Sequence record: PZ445440.1
Origin: a phage
Direction: 5' to 3' (one strand)
DNA length: 64,000 nucleotides
The notes under the pieces were generated by a model that saw nothing but the letters and a program-made list of their open reading frames with translations, was not told where the DNA came from and ran no database searches. The position numbers and the translations under genes were made by a program. Shown here in pieces: positions 1 to 9,073 of the stretch; position 1 is the stretch's first letter, and the number at the start of each line of letters is the position of its first letter.

Positions 1-183
1 AATAAAACCATAAATCATAAAACGAGTTTCTTGTGGCAAAGATTGGAGTTTTTTAGCACTTGCGTCATCACAATGCAGGACCCATGCTTTACGAACACGA
101 TTATGGTTATGTGGGTTAGCGTCAGTACGGATAGAAGTAACTTTCAGATCAGCAGCAGTGAAACCTTTAGCAGTAGTAAACAT
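1..183 (-). CDS. hypothetical protein, partial (start codon in window, C-terminus beyond window edge)
   Basis: Minus-strand ORF starting at ATG 183 (MFTTAKGFTAADLKV...) and running off position 1; not in ORF track because no stop in window. Confidence 0.4.
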   Translation of the reverse strand, partial: MFTTAKGFTAADLKVTSIRTDANPHNHNRVRKAWVLHCDDASAKKLQSLPQETRFMIYGFI

Positions 184-195
184 ATTATTTCTCTC

Positions 196-384
196 TTATT
201 CGTAGAAGTCGGTAACTGTCCATGCGGAATTGCGATTAGACATTATTTTATTATACTCATCTTTAAAAGCAGATTTGAGCATTTGTTCAGTAACAATATG
301 TTCTTCACCTGAAAACGTATTGGTCAAAACATATTTTTTAATTTCAGGGACAACGAGAAGATGTTGGCCGGTTGAATACTCCAT
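196..384 (-). CDS. small hypothetical protein (62 aa)
   Basis: ORF track 196..396; first codon is alternative start; ATG at 384 preceded by GGAGAA. Confidence 0.5.
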   Translation of the reverse strand: MEYSTGQHLLVVPEIKKYVLTNTFSGEEHIVTEQMLKSAFKDEYNKIMSNRNSAWTVTDFYE

Positions 385-395
385 GTTGTTCTCCA

Positions 396-438
396 TTTAA
401 TTTGATGTGGTCATTATAACCACATCATGTTAAAGCGT
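396..438 (-). promoter_or_regulatory. early-promoter-like element with TATAAT inside inverted repeat ATGTGGT/ACCACAT
   Basis: Read directly in sequence upstream of ORF 196..384. Confidence 0.4.
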
Positions 439-2127
439 TTATGAAACAGTCATTACAGTAAATCGTCCAACTTTGCTCATCTGAAGATGTTGTCCATAAG
501 CTTGTGGGTCATGGTCTCTGTGACTAATTATAAACACGTTTGCATTGGTTAGAGAGTTAAGAATTGTTGAAATAGCTTTAATACCTTCAGAATCAGTCGC
601 GGAATCCATGACTTCGTCCATAATTAATGTATTGATTCTAACACCAGAAACCTTTTCAGCAATATCTCGCCATGTAAACAACAACGCGATATCGATACGT
701 GCTTTTTCACCTTGACTAAATGAAGCATAACTGAACTCTTCACGACCACGTGATTTTATAGATTCATTGAATTCTTCGTCAATAGAAAACACGTAATCGG
801 CTTCCATGATTTTAAGATAATGGTTAATCTGCTTATTGAACAAAGGCACGTATTTTTTAATGATAGCACCTTTAATACCAGAATCTTTTAACATATCTGT
901 GATAATACCACGGTGGTATTTTTCAAGAACGATGTCTGATTTTGTTTTAATGATTTTATCAAGTTCTTTTTGAAGCAAAGCTATCTCATCGGCATGGTCG
1001 ATAAATTCCGCCGAGGCTTGTTCTATTGCAGCTTTAACTTTCTTAGCTTTATCAATAGTGGCAATCATTGCTTGTTTCTTGGTACGAATATCAGATGCAA
1101 GGTCCTGTTTAGTCTTAACATTAGCTCTGTATTCGTCCACTAGGACACTCAGATTATCTCTGTGACATGTAAGTTGCTCGAATGAGTGATTACATTCGTG
1201 AAGCTTATCGGTAATCTTAGAGACAATAGGATCACCCTGGTGCAACTGTGATGCGCAAGTAGGACACGTACCGCCATCATGATACATCTTAATAACTTTG
1301 TTATATGAGTCGATTTTAGATTTAATCAAGAATGCTTCTTGTCCTATCTTGTTGAATGCCTCAGTAGGGTCTTCATCAAGAACGATATTAAGTAGTCGCT
1401 CATTAGCTTCTTCGATTTCTGCTTTTAATGAACGAGCTTCTTTGGCTAGGTCGTCATACATATTCTGTAGACGCGCTACATTATCGCCAGATAATTTCTT
1501 TTGACGTTCGATATTCTCGTTATAAATCTTAATTTGTTGGATAACACCATCTTTCTTGGCATCGAGAACTTGCCCTTGGGAATTAAGTTCTCGAACTTGA
1601 GACTTATTGATTTTATCCATTTCAGCGAGTGTGCCAACTTCTAAAAGGTCTTCGACAAGTTTTCTACGAGCAGGGGTGCTAAGAGCCATGAAAGGGGTAT
1701 ACCCTGCCGTCCCAAGCACAACGATTTGTTTAAAAGACGCGTATGACATTCCGATGCTACGTTCAAATTCTTCTTGGAAGTCACGACTGCTGGCAGATTC
1801 ATCGAGACGAACACCGTCAACGGAGATTTCGAAAATATTGGGCTTTTGGCCACGTCTAATGAAGTATTTTTTATCATCGAATTCCATCCAAAGCTCAACT
1901 AAGAGCTCTTTCTTGTTCGTGCTATTAATGATTTGTCCTTTCTTAACATCACGAAATGGTTTACCGAAAAGTCCGAAAGTAATGGCTTCTAACATCGTAG
2001 ATTTACCACCGCCATTTTTACCAGTGATTAATGTCTTTTGGACTTTATCTAATTGGATATCAATAGGATTCCCACCTACCGACATGATGTTTTGATAACG
2101 AACACGATTTAATTTAAATGATTTCAT
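439..2127 (-). CDS. 46: recombination endonuclease subunit gp46 (Rad50/SbcC-like ATPase)
   Basis: 562 aa; closely matches recalled T4 gp46 (MKxFKLNRV..., Walker A GKNGGGKST); ATG start. Confidence 0.95.
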   Translation of the reverse strand: MKSFKLNRVRYQNIMSVGGNPIDIQLDKVQKTLITGKNGGGKSTMLEAITFGLFGKPFRDVKKGQIINSTNKKELLVELWMEFDDKKYFIRRGQKPNIFEISVDGVRLDESASSRDFQEEFERSIGMSYASFKQIVVLGTAGYTPFMALSTPARRKLVEDLLEVGTLAEMDKINKSQVRELNSQGQVLDAKKDGVIQQIKIYNENIERQKKLSGDNVARLQNMYDDLAKEARSLKAEIEEANERLLNIVLDEDPTEAFNKIGQEAFLIKSKIDSYNKVIKMYHDGGTCPTCASQLHQGDPIVSKITDKLHECNHSFEQLTCHRDNLSVLVDEYRANVKTKQDLASDIRTKKQAMIATIDKAKKVKAAIEQASAEFIDHADEIALLQKELDKIIKTKSDIVLEKYHRGIITDMLKDSGIKGAIIKKYVPLFNKQINHYLKIMEADYVFSIDEEFNESIKSRGREEFSYASFSQGEKARIDIALLFTWRDIAEKVSGVRINTLIMDEVMDSATDSEGIKAISTILNSLTNANVFIISHRDHDPQAYGQHLQMSKVGRFTVMTVS

Positions 2128-2363
2128 ATGTATTCTCTTCGAATGAAGTCCTCTACATATTTTAACATGTCATCTCTATCAGCAAAATATTCATCTAGTT
2201 CTGCATACATAACAACACCTGGTGCGTACTCACAGGTAACATACATTGTTCCAAAGAAACGAGGAGTTGATTCCTCGTAATTCTCAGTCCATTCAACGAT
2301 ACCAATATAACCGTCACCAATACTAAATTCATGACGATGGATTTCATAATCAGTCTTCGTCAT
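2124..2363 (-). CDS. hypothetical protein (46.1-like position)
   Basis: ORF track 2124..2378; start moved to ATG at 2363 with GAGGA upstream; sits between 46 and 47 as in T4. Confidence 0.55.
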   Translation of the reverse strand: MTKTDYEIHRHEFSIGDGYIGIVEWTENYEESTPRFFGTMYVTCEYAPGVVMYAELDEYFADRDDMLKYVEDFIRREYI

Positions 2364-2607
2364 TATACGCATCCTCAATACACGCTTCAGCCATTTTAAG
2401 AATAGAGCCGGGAGTATCGTTGTCCATTATATTAAAGCTAAATTCAATAGCCCAGTCGGTGCAGACATGAACTGCTTTAACTTCATTGCCTTCAACGCGT
2501 AATGGCTCAATCCAATACTTGATAGTGTTCTCGAATCCATCATCATCTTTAACGTCTATTTCAACTTCAAGCCTGAGTCCAGCATTGTTAAATTCATCTA
2601 AAGTCAT
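2350..2607 (-). CDS. hypothetical protein (46.2-like position)
   Basis: 85 aa ORF, ATG start with GAGG upstream; stop abuts gene 47. Confidence 0.6.
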   Translation of the reverse strand: MTLDEFNNAGLRLEVEIDVKDDDGFENTIKYWIEPLRVEGNEVKAVHVCTDWAIEFSFNIMDNDTPGSILKMAEACIEDAYNDED

Positions 2608-3623
2608 TGTGTTGCCTCAATATAAAGTTCGTTGGAATATTTGACCAGCGCTTCTCTGTCTTCGTCTGAGATATCTGGAATCGCGTCAATATATTCTTTA
2701 ATGATATCTTGAAGTGATTTAATCTCGATTTCCTGGTCGTCATCAGATTCAACACTGTTATCAACTTTAGAAACCATACGAAGAGAGTGAACTACTTTTT
2801 CAAGTTCAGATTCAAACTTAGTCAACTCTGAATCAATTTCTGATACTATAACACGTACGGCTAGATTGGTATAATCAGAATAATTGATTTTGCCTTTAAA
2901 CGGATAAGTGATTCGTCGATGCCATGTTGTTTCATTAGGAATAAATTCCATACGTTCAACATCAGTGTCAAATACCCAGAATCCACGAGGATCATTCTCA
3001 TCGCCTGCAGTAAGGGTCCATGGTGTCCCAATATATTTGACGTTAGCAGCTTCAGAGATTGTGTGGAAGTGGCCAGACCAGACTTGTTTATAGGTCTTTA
3101 AGAAATCAGGTTCAAGCCCATGAGACTTCATTCCTTTATAGAAATAAAAACCATTCAGTTCCCAGTGCCCAACACAATACGCTGCAGAAGAAGTCTTGAT
3201 GTGCTCTAAGATTTCACCTGTATTTTCTTCACACATCCATGGAACGATATCAATCAGACATCCGTCAAAATCTACAGTAGTTGGATGCTCGTAAATAGTA
3301 AAGTTTTCAAATTGAGTTAACAATTCAGAAACAGTGTTAGGTGTTATGGTATTCTTAAACGCCATGTCATGATTTCCTATCGTGACATGAACGTGAATGC
3401 CTGCTTTAGAAATCATATCAACGATTTCACGATTGAATTCCATTGTACGATGTGTTATTGCTTTACGGACGTCAAACCAATCACCGTACTGAATCCAAGT
3501 TTTAATCCCGTGTTTCTTAGAGTATTCAATTGCTTGACGAATACCATCACGTTGAATATCTTGAACCCATGGGTCGTCTTGTTTGACTCCGATATGGAAG
3601 TCGCCTAAGTGCAAAATTTTCAT
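2604..3623 (-). CDS. 47: recombination endonuclease subunit gp47 (Mre11/SbcD-like phosphoesterase)
   Basis: 339 aa; MKILHLGDFH... and GNHD phosphoesterase motifs matching recalled T4 gp47. Confidence 0.95.
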   Translation of the reverse strand: MKILHLGDFHIGVKQDDPWVQDIQRDGIRQAIEYSKKHGIKTWIQYGDWFDVRKAITHRTMEFNREIVDMISKAGIHVHVTIGNHDMAFKNTITPNTVSELLTQFENFTIYEHPTTVDFDGCLIDIVPWMCEENTGEILEHIKTSSAAYCVGHWELNGFYFYKGMKSHGLEPDFLKTYKQVWSGHFHTISEAANVKYIGTPWTLTAGDENDPRGFWVFDTDVERMEFIPNETTWHRRITYPFKGKINYSDYTNLAVRVIVSEIDSELTKFESELEKVVHSLRMVSKVDNSVESDDDQEIEIKSLQDIIKEYIDAIPDISDEDREALVKYSNELYIEATQ

Positions 3624-3663
3624 ATTATTTCCTCATTAGTTAATTCATTCTATCATCCGTTTA

Positions 3664-3692
3664 TAAAGCAAAAAAGGAACTCCGAAGAGTTC
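3664..3692 (-). terminator. intrinsic terminator hairpin (GGAACTCTTCGGAGTTCC + T-run)
   Basis: Perfect stem with T-run on minus strand just downstream of small ORF 3692..3865. Confidence 0.45.
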
Positions 3693-3865
3693 CTATCCAC
3701 ATAGTACACCGTACAGAGGCTCATTTGAACTTTTAAATCGAATGGGCTTGTATGTAATAGTTCCTTCGGCTTTAGCTTTATCATAAGACTCTTTAAAACG
3801 TCTCATTCTTTCTGCTTTGCCTTTACGGATTTTATCGAAATTTTCAGAAGTCGGGATGTTCGTCA
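3692..3865 (-). CDS. small hypothetical protein (57 aa)
   Basis: ORF below track threshold; ATG with GAGAGGTG upstream; followed by terminator hairpin. Confidence 0.4.
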
Positions 3866-4086
3866 TGCATAAGCACCTCTCAGAAAATGCCTAAATCAAT
3901 TTCTCTCATCGTTTCCACCATTTCTTAACTTGAAATGAATCGACCCACACGAGTTGTTTTGGGTCTGCCTTTACAATAGGCGGACAAATTTCTGTAATAG
4001 AACCGTCGTGATATTCCTTTTCAGAAATTTTAACACAAAGAGGACCTCCCAATTTAAGGGTGAACCCTGCGTTCAGCTTCAGACGT

Positions 4087-4410
4087 TTAAACTTTATTTG
4101 AACTAGCGCCATTAATGATGTCCTCAATAGCCTGACGAGTAGTAACCCACTGGATTTTAATTAACTTGTCATTGTATGGTTGTCGTAGAATATCCCGAGA
4201 TTTCTTAATAGCATATTCGTAAGCTTCGAAGTTGTTTTGAATTGCTGCTTCTTGAGCATGAGCATAAAGACGGTTTAGTTCAAAACGATTCTTTTTAAGA
4301 ATCTTTTCGGATTTTTTACGTGCTTCAGCTTCATTTTTCTTTTGGATTTCTTGTAGCATTTTAGCTACTGCATCTTCTGCTTCTTTATTTTCAATAATCT
4401 CGGTAGTCAT
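4087..4410 (-). CDS. hypothetical protein (107 aa, helical)
   Basis: ORF track; codon usage consistent with neighbours. Confidence 0.6.
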   Translation of the reverse strand: MTTEIIENKEAEDAVAKMLQEIQKKNEAEARKKSEKILKKNRFELNRLYAHAQEAAIQNNFEAYEYAIKKSRDILRQPYNDKLIKIQWVTTRQAIEDIINGASSNKV

Positions 4411-4411
4411 A

Positions 4412-4627
4412 TTATCTCATTAAATTAAAATAAAAACGTCCATCCTCTTCAATACAGAACTCGTACTCAACTGGAGTTCCATTTATCGAAAATGACACGT
4501 CATGTGGGTTCAAAGGGTCGATGTCAAAATTAATTTTAAATTCTCGACCCAACAGTTTTACCAAATAAGGGATTGCTTCGTCAAAAGGTTCTTCTAAGTA
4601 GTTAGAGATGTCAATTGTCATCCTCAT
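4412..4627 (-). CDS. hypothetical protein
   Basis: ORF track 4412..4705 shortened to internal ATG so that it only slightly overlaps the 3-prime end of gene 55. Confidence 0.45.
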   Translation of the reverse strand: MRMTIDISNYLEEPFDEAIPYLVKLLGREFKINFDIDPLNPHDVSFSINGTPVEYEFCIEEDGRFYFNLMR

Positions 4628-5168
4628 ATAAAAAATCCAAACTAGGCGAATCGCTAACAACTTCCTTCTTTTCAGCCCCAGGAGCTTTATAAGCGGATTC
4701 TTCATAATGCGTCATTTTATCGTAGATGTCTTGAATAAACGTTTCATCTACCAACGCTACCATATCATCGTCATGACTGTCGTAGACATTATGAACGAAG
4801 TAACTATATTTCTTTGCAACTTCCTTACGTTCTTTTTTGATACGTTGGACAAAAGCATTAAAACAAGCTCGAGTTATGTATGCATGTGGGTTATTGTACT
4901 TAGTTTCGTCGAAATTATGAAGTCCCTTAATAGAGGCTTCAATCCCATCTGCAATCATCTCCTGCTTCCAAGACTGGGTATATCCTGAAAAGTTGAAACG
5001 TTTGGACAGGCCTTCGGCGATAAGCATAATTGCTAAACCGATGGTATCATTCTGACGAATAATTTTGTTTGGGTCTTTATTATTTAAGAGCTCCTTTTTC
5101 CACTCGATTATAGCGGCGAGAAGCTCTTTATTATTCACATAGTTATTTTTAGGTTTTTGTTCAGTCAT
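4611..5168 (-). CDS. 55: late-transcription sigma factor gp55
   Basis: 185 aa; long stretches identical to recalled T4 gp55 ([46 protein letters not shown]). Confidence 0.95.
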   Translation of the reverse strand: MTEQKPKNNYVNNKELLAAIIEWKKELLNNKDPNKIIRQNDTIGLAIMLIAEGLSKRFNFSGYTQSWKQEMIADGIEASIKGLHNFDETKYNNPHAYITRACFNAFVQRIKKERKEVAKKYSYFVHNVYDSHDDDMVALVDETFIQDIYDKMTHYEESAYKAPGAEKKEVVSDSPSLDFLYEDDN

Positions 5169-5243
5169 AAGTACCTCTTAGCTCAATTCATAGGTCTATT
5201 ATATCATAATATTTAGAGACCTATCTTAAAGCACGAGATACTA

Positions 5244-5510
5244 TCAGAGCAAACAATAAGCCTGAAACACTTTTTCCATTAAACGTTTGAACTCATGGAT
5301 ATCGATATAAAGCTCAGTAAGACCGGCATTATAAAGAAAATCTAAAAAGTTCTCATGTGTTTCGTTATAGACGCCTTCGTTTAATTGAGATACATGAGTT
5401 TCCCAAAAACCAACACCTTTAACGAATGGAAAATACGTGACTTTCATGTATTCGTCAACATAAAATTCGCCCAGCTTTTCTTCAGTTATACTGATTCGAG
5501 TTAATTTCAT
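5244..5510 (-). CDS. hypothetical protein (88 aa)
   Basis: ORF track; ATG with AAAGGAA upstream; ATGA overlap with upstream gene. Confidence 0.6.
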   Translation of the reverse strand: MKLTRISITEEKLGEFYVDEYMKVTYFPFVKGVGFWETHVSQLNEGVYNETHENFLDFLYNAGLTELYIDIHEFKRLMEKVFQAYCLL

Positions 5511-5734
5511 TCTAGTTCCTTTGCTGCTTCAAGAGCAGCATCCAGCGAATCAAATTGGTCAACGAAATCAATATTCAACGCATCGTCAACCGTAGCATAT
5601 AACCACCATTGTTTGAATTCGTATTCTAGAATAAATCCAGGACCTTCAATCTGAGGAAGACCTAGGCTATTTGTACCAACTTCGTAACCAGCTAGACGCA
5701 GGTCATTAATCAAAGTTTCTGTTAATACGCTCAT
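5507..5734 (-). CDS. hypothetical acidic protein (75 aa)
   Basis: ORF track; ATG start; translationally coupled. Confidence 0.6.
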   Translation of the reverse strand: MSVLTETLINDLRLAGYEVGTNSLGLPQIEGPGFILEYEFKQWWLYATVDDALNIDFVDQFDSLDAALEAAKELE

Positions 5735-6063
5735 TTTACCGCCTTAACAATTTTCAGATCAACGAATTTTTTCTTACGTTGATTTTTCATACGACGGATA
5801 GTCTTTTCAGAGATTTCATGTTTCTGATAAGCTTTAGATTCAACACCAAATGCAGCAACGTCAAATTCAGAAAGAATATATTGTACTAGAATTTCGCGAA
5901 TAGAATTACGTCCAATTTTCTGGTCGTGTTTTTGCATGATTTCATAAAGACGGAATTCCCACGCGTCAAGAACTTGAGGAGTAACAATATTGCCGGATTC
6001 CAGAAGAGCAACAACTTTATCGAAAGCGAAAGAATTAACTACGTTTTTGATTTTAGTAGACAT
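5731..6063 (-). CDS. hypothetical protein (110 aa)
   Basis: ORF track 5731..6111; start moved to ATG 6063 preceded by GAGGAAAA. Confidence 0.6.
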   Translation of the reverse strand: MSTKIKNVVNSFAFDKVVALLESGNIVTPQVLDAWEFRLYEIMQKHDQKIGRNSIREILVQYILSEFDVAAFGVESKAYQKHEISEKTIRRMKNQRKKKFVDLKIVKAVK

Positions 6064-6084
6064 ATTATTTTCCTCGGTTATTTT

Positions 6085-6140
6085 ATTATCCAACGAGAGA
6101 ATTATATTCATCTCTCAAGAGTTTGTATACTATTTTTTAA
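6085..6140 (-). promoter_or_regulatory. sigma70-type early promoter with stem-loop (TATACA -35, TATAAT -10 flanked by GAGAGA/TCTCTC)
   Basis: Read in sequence; near-identical copy at 35895..35945. Confidence 0.5.
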
Positions 6141-6369
6141 GCATGAAAAGTAAGTAATTTGTATCACGTGGAGTAATATCAACACCCATATCAAAGATGC
6201 CTTTATAGATTGGGTATTTGTTTTCGGTTGTATCGAAGCTGAAACTATTTCCATCACAACTAACAGTAATAGCATCTGTTAAAATGTCATACTCAATCCT
6301 AACAATTGAATCCCCAATTTTAACGTCGAGGTGTTTTTTGAATTTGATAAAATCTAATTCTTGGGCCAT
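6130..6369 (-). CDS. hypothetical protein (79 aa)
   Basis: ORF track; ATG with TGAGGAAAA upstream. Confidence 0.6.
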   Translation of the reverse strand: MAQELDFIKFKKHLDVKIGDSIVRIEYDILTDAITVSCDGNSFSFDTTENKYPIYKGIFDMGVDITPRDTNYLLFMLKK

Positions 6370-6432
6370 GATATTTTCCTCATTTTAAGACGATAGGAAG
6401 ATAATAACATGTCTTCCTATCGTTGTACATTA

Positions 6433-6633
6433 TTAACCGAACTTTTTAGCGCCTTTCCAGCCTTCGTACATAACTGCACAAGTCAATAGCACAGCATGTT
6501 GGCATTCTTTGTATTTGTAAATCCAGAACCAGCGTAAGAAGTCTTCATCCTCAACACCGTTGAGTTTCATATTGGCAAAGAATTCGGCACGTTCTTCACG
6601 AAGCTTTTGCGATAACATAGTTTCAGGATTCAT
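6433..6633 (-). CDS. hypothetical protein (66 aa)
   Basis: ORF track; ATG start. Confidence 0.55.
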   Translation of the reverse strand: MNPETMLSQKLREERAEFFANMKLNGVEDEDFLRWFWIYKYKECQHAVLLTCAVMYEGWKGAKKFG

Positions 6634-6765
6634 TTAAATTTCCCAATTGCCATTTTCATCAATAAATTTAATCCAGTCAGTTACTGACCACTTAGTTGTA
6701 TCGCCTTTTGGAGTAGCATTTAAAGTGTAGAACCCTTGCTTAAAAAGCCAGCGTTTGATATTCAT
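6634..6765 (-). CDS. small hypothetical protein (43 aa)
   Basis: ORF track 6634..6858 has implausible N-terminus; internal ATG 6765 has GAGGAAA upstream and a GTTTACA-17-TATAAT promoter at about 6790..6835. Confidence 0.4.
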   Translation of the reverse strand: MNIKRWLFKQGFYTLNATPKGDTTKWSVTDWIKFIDENGNWEI

Positions 6766-6845
6766 AATTTCCTCAACTGTAACGATAACATTCGTTAGCT
6801 TTACGTTTGGCTTCAGTATGAGAAGTATTATAATCATAATCTTCT

Positions 6846-7067
6846 TTACTGTAAACATCTTTTTTTCAACTTACGAACTTCTTTGCGGAGTTGTCGATTC
6901 ATTTCATTCTTGACTTCAGAATCAACGCCTTTCATACGTTTCCATTTATCTGAGCGGAAAATGTTTTCAACCATGTCTTTGTGGCTAACACCGTCAGGAG
7001 CTTTACGCTTACCAAAATAGTCGTAATCGCGAACTTTCAAATCTTTACGACGATATGTTTTACCCAT
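6846..7067 (-). CDS. small basic hypothetical protein
   Basis: ORF track 6846..7094; start moved to ATG with GAGG upstream. Confidence 0.5.
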   Translation of the reverse strand: MGKTYRRKDLKVRDYDYFGKRKAPDGVSHKDMVENIFRSDKWKRMKGVDSEVKNEMNRQLRKEVRKLKKRCLQ

Positions 7068-7074
7068 AAGTACC

Positions 7075-7323
7075 TCAGAGGTTGATTGATACAATGCGTT
7101 TGATAAAATTCACTTCACTTACTGAAAGGTCTTTAAGACCGATTGATTCTAAACGCTGAGTAAGCGTCAACATCGGGATATAATCCCAATGAGTTTTATT
7201 TGCTTGATAAGTACGAACGCCGTTAGCAATTTCAACATGCAAATCGGAAATGGTAATGAATATCGGACGTTCGTCATTAACTTTAAGGGTTAGAACAACT
7301 TTCTTTGAATCTAAACTAATCAT
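7075..7323 (-). CDS. hypothetical protein (82 aa)
   Basis: ORF track; ATG with GAAGGAAA upstream. Confidence 0.6.
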   Translation of the reverse strand: MISLDSKKVVLTLKVNDERPIFITISDLHVEIANGVRTYQANKTHWDYIPMLTLTQRLESIGLKDLSVSEVNFIKRIVSINL

Positions 7324-7502
7324 GGCTTAATTTCCTTCGCAATTGAACAGAAGATACCACGGTCACAAAGCATTTCACCAATTTCTGGATATTTGATTGA
7401 ACGGTACCAAACATCCAGGCTTGAAACTCTGGTTATCTGTACTGCGTTACCGTTGACAGAATAGTACTGGTCAACCTTAATTTCTTTATCTTCAATTGTC
7501 AT
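7320..7502 (-). CDS. hypothetical protein (60 aa)
   Basis: ORF track; ATG with AGAGGAAAA upstream; promoter-like GTTTAC element upstream (about 7520..7560). Confidence 0.55.
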   Translation of the reverse strand: MTIEDKEIKVDQYYSVNGNAVQITRVSSLDVWYRSIKYPEIGEMLCDRGIFCSIAKEIKP

Positions 7503-7635
7503 TTTATTTTCCTCTATAGTAGATGGTTTAATCTTAACACATCTATTGAGGATGTAAACTGTTTTATGAAAATATTTTCAATTTGAGAGGGGCACAAGGA
7601 GATAGTGAAGTGAAGATTCCAATGGATTATATTAG

Positions 7636-7670
7636 AAACGAGATAAAGAAGACCAGGCGGCACCTGGTCA
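7636..7670 (-). terminator. intrinsic terminator (GACCAGG-tgccg-CCTGGTC + T-rich tract)
   Basis: Hairpin overlapping stop codon of the glutaredoxin-like gene. Confidence 0.5.
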
Positions 7671-7991
7671 ATCTTCTATGATATCAGAGTCATATCCTAA
7701 TGAAATCAAGGACTTTTTAAACTCTGCAATATTCTTTTGTTTCTTATCATTTAAAAATATGACAGGATAACGAATATTAAGTGAAGTGAATCCTGCACGT
7801 TTAGCAAGAGATACGATTAAAGGACGGTCATATTCAATCTTACCATTATTAGTGAGGACTTTATAAAATGTATAAGGAGCATTGAGCTCCTTTAAAAGTT
7901 TTGTAACAGTATAACATCCTGGACAACGTCCAACTTCTTCAGGGATGCCATAAACTTCAATTTTATTCTTTGGGTTCGAGTTTTGTTCCAC
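7668..7991 (-). CDS. nrdH: glutaredoxin-like protein (NrdH-like redoxin, CPGC active site)
   Basis: ORF track 7668..8165; N-terminal 58 codons look non-coding; CxxC motif GRCPGCY after a KIEVYG beta-strand; probable GTG start at 7991 with AAGGAA upstream (alternative ATG at 8039). Confidence 0.55.
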   Translation of the reverse strand: MEQNSNPKNKIEVYGIPEEVGRCPGCYTVTKLLKELNAPYTFYKVLTNNGKIEYDRPLIVSLAKRAGFTSLNIRYPVIFLNDKKQKNIAEFKKSLISLGYDSDIIED

Positions 7992-8274
7992 GAGAAATAA
8001 TTCCTTGATAAGCCCAGTACGGCGGGTTAACAGAATCATCACCAGAATTTTCTTCAGGGAAATAAACCTGAATAACGAATCCGGATTCGTCAAAGGTAAA
8101 ATACACTGTAGGCAGTTCACCAAGCAATTCGGAACGAGCGTTAATTTCTTCGAGGTCTTGCTCACGTCCAGCCCAAAAACTAGGATTTAAACTACATTCG
8201 TAAAAATAATAGTCATTACCGAACATATCAAAACCCTTCCAACTCTCTACCACGTACCGCTCAAAACTAATCAT
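7963..8274 (-). CDS. hypothetical protein (103 aa)
   Basis: ORF track; ATG start. Confidence 0.6.
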   Translation of the reverse strand: MISFERYVVESWKGFDMFGNDYYFYECSLNPSFWAGREQDLEEINARSELLGELPTVYFTFDESGFVIQVYFPEENSGDDSVNPPYWAYQGIISRGTKLEPKE

Positions 8275-8276
8275 AA

Positions 8277-8492
8277 TTAAGCCTTTTTATCAAGAACAGA
8301 ATTCAGTTTATTAGTAATTTTGTCCAAACGTTCATTGAATTCGCTGGAGGATAAACCCTTTTCTGGAGAAATTAAACTAATCACGAAAAATACACCAGTA
8401 AAAGGAATAAGAAAAATAGCTCCAACTGCCATAAACAAAAAGAACGTTACAGTTGTAAGAAAATCAGCTAAACCTTTACGAAATTTGTACAT
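8277..8492 (-). CDS. small membrane protein (71 aa, one hydrophobic helix)
   Basis: ORF track; hydrophobic stretch TVTFFLFMAVGAIFLIPFTGVFFVISLI. Confidence 0.6.
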   Translation of the reverse strand: MYKFRKGLADFLTTVTFFLFMAVGAIFLIPFTGVFFVISLISPEKGLSSSEFNERLDKITNKLNSVLDKKA

Positions 8493-8602
8493 ATTTACCC
8501 TTAATTAACTAAGCATTGATAATCATTAAACTATATTGCGAATAAAATTCTGGACCAAAACGAAAAATCATATCATTTATAGTATCCATAATGTAATTCA
8601 AT

Positions 8603-9073
8603 TTAATCATGTTTCCACACCCCATCGGTATTTGACCAAAGTCGCTGATTATCTGATCCTCGCCACAGCTTTTTAGTCGGAAGATTTTTCTCATACTTCC
8701 CATCAATAATAACATCAACATATTTAAGCATTTCTAGTTGTTTAATATCTTCAAACTTATATCCTGTCCACAACCAAATGCTTTTATTGGGATAAAGATT
8801 TTTTACTGTTTGAGCAATGCGATGAATAACATCTCGGTTATCAGGATAGAGAGGGTCACCTCCGGTTATAGTTAATCCTTCTATATAATCATTATTCAAA
8901 CATTCAATTAATTGTTCTAGTGTTTCACCGGTGAATGGAACACCATTTCTAGCATTCCATGTTGATTTATTATAACACCCTTCACATTTATGCAAACAAC
9001 CTGTAACGAAAAGAACGACCCTGCAACCAGGGCCATTCACAAAATCGCAAGGATAAAATCTATCATAATTCAT
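8603..9073 (-). CDS. nrdG: anaerobic ribonucleotide reductase activating protein NrdG (radical SAM)
   Basis: 156 aa; Cys cluster CLHKCEGCYN; ATGA overlap with nrdD stop; matches recalled T4 NrdG. Confidence 0.92.
   Translation of the reverse strand: MNYDRFYPCDFVNGPGCRVVLFVTGCLHKCEGCYNKSTWNARNGVPFTGETLEQLIECLNNDYIEGLTITGGDPLYPDNRDVIHRIAQTVKNLYPNKSIWLWTGYKFEDIKQLEMLKYVDVIIDGKYEKNLPTKKLWRGSDNQRLWSNTDGVWKHD

Noticed and set aside
31-312. Plus-strand 93-aa ORF at the window start
   Set aside because: Antisense to the minus-strand genes 1..183 and 196..384, no ribosome binding site, low-complexity translation.
1607-2095. Plus-strand ORFs (1298..1504, 1607..2095) and minus-strand 1641..1898 inside gene 46
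   Set aside because: Shadow ORFs within a well-supported gene; no RBS.
3906-4127. Minus-strand 73-aa ORF
   Set aside because: Overlaps the 3-prime end of ORF 4087..4410, basic low-complexity translation, no convincing RBS.
8509-8721. Minus-strand 70-aa ORF overlapping the 3-prime end of nrdG
   Set aside because: Most of it is out-of-frame nrdG sequence; at most a ~33-aa coupled ORF (8509..8610) could be real, not called for lack of support.
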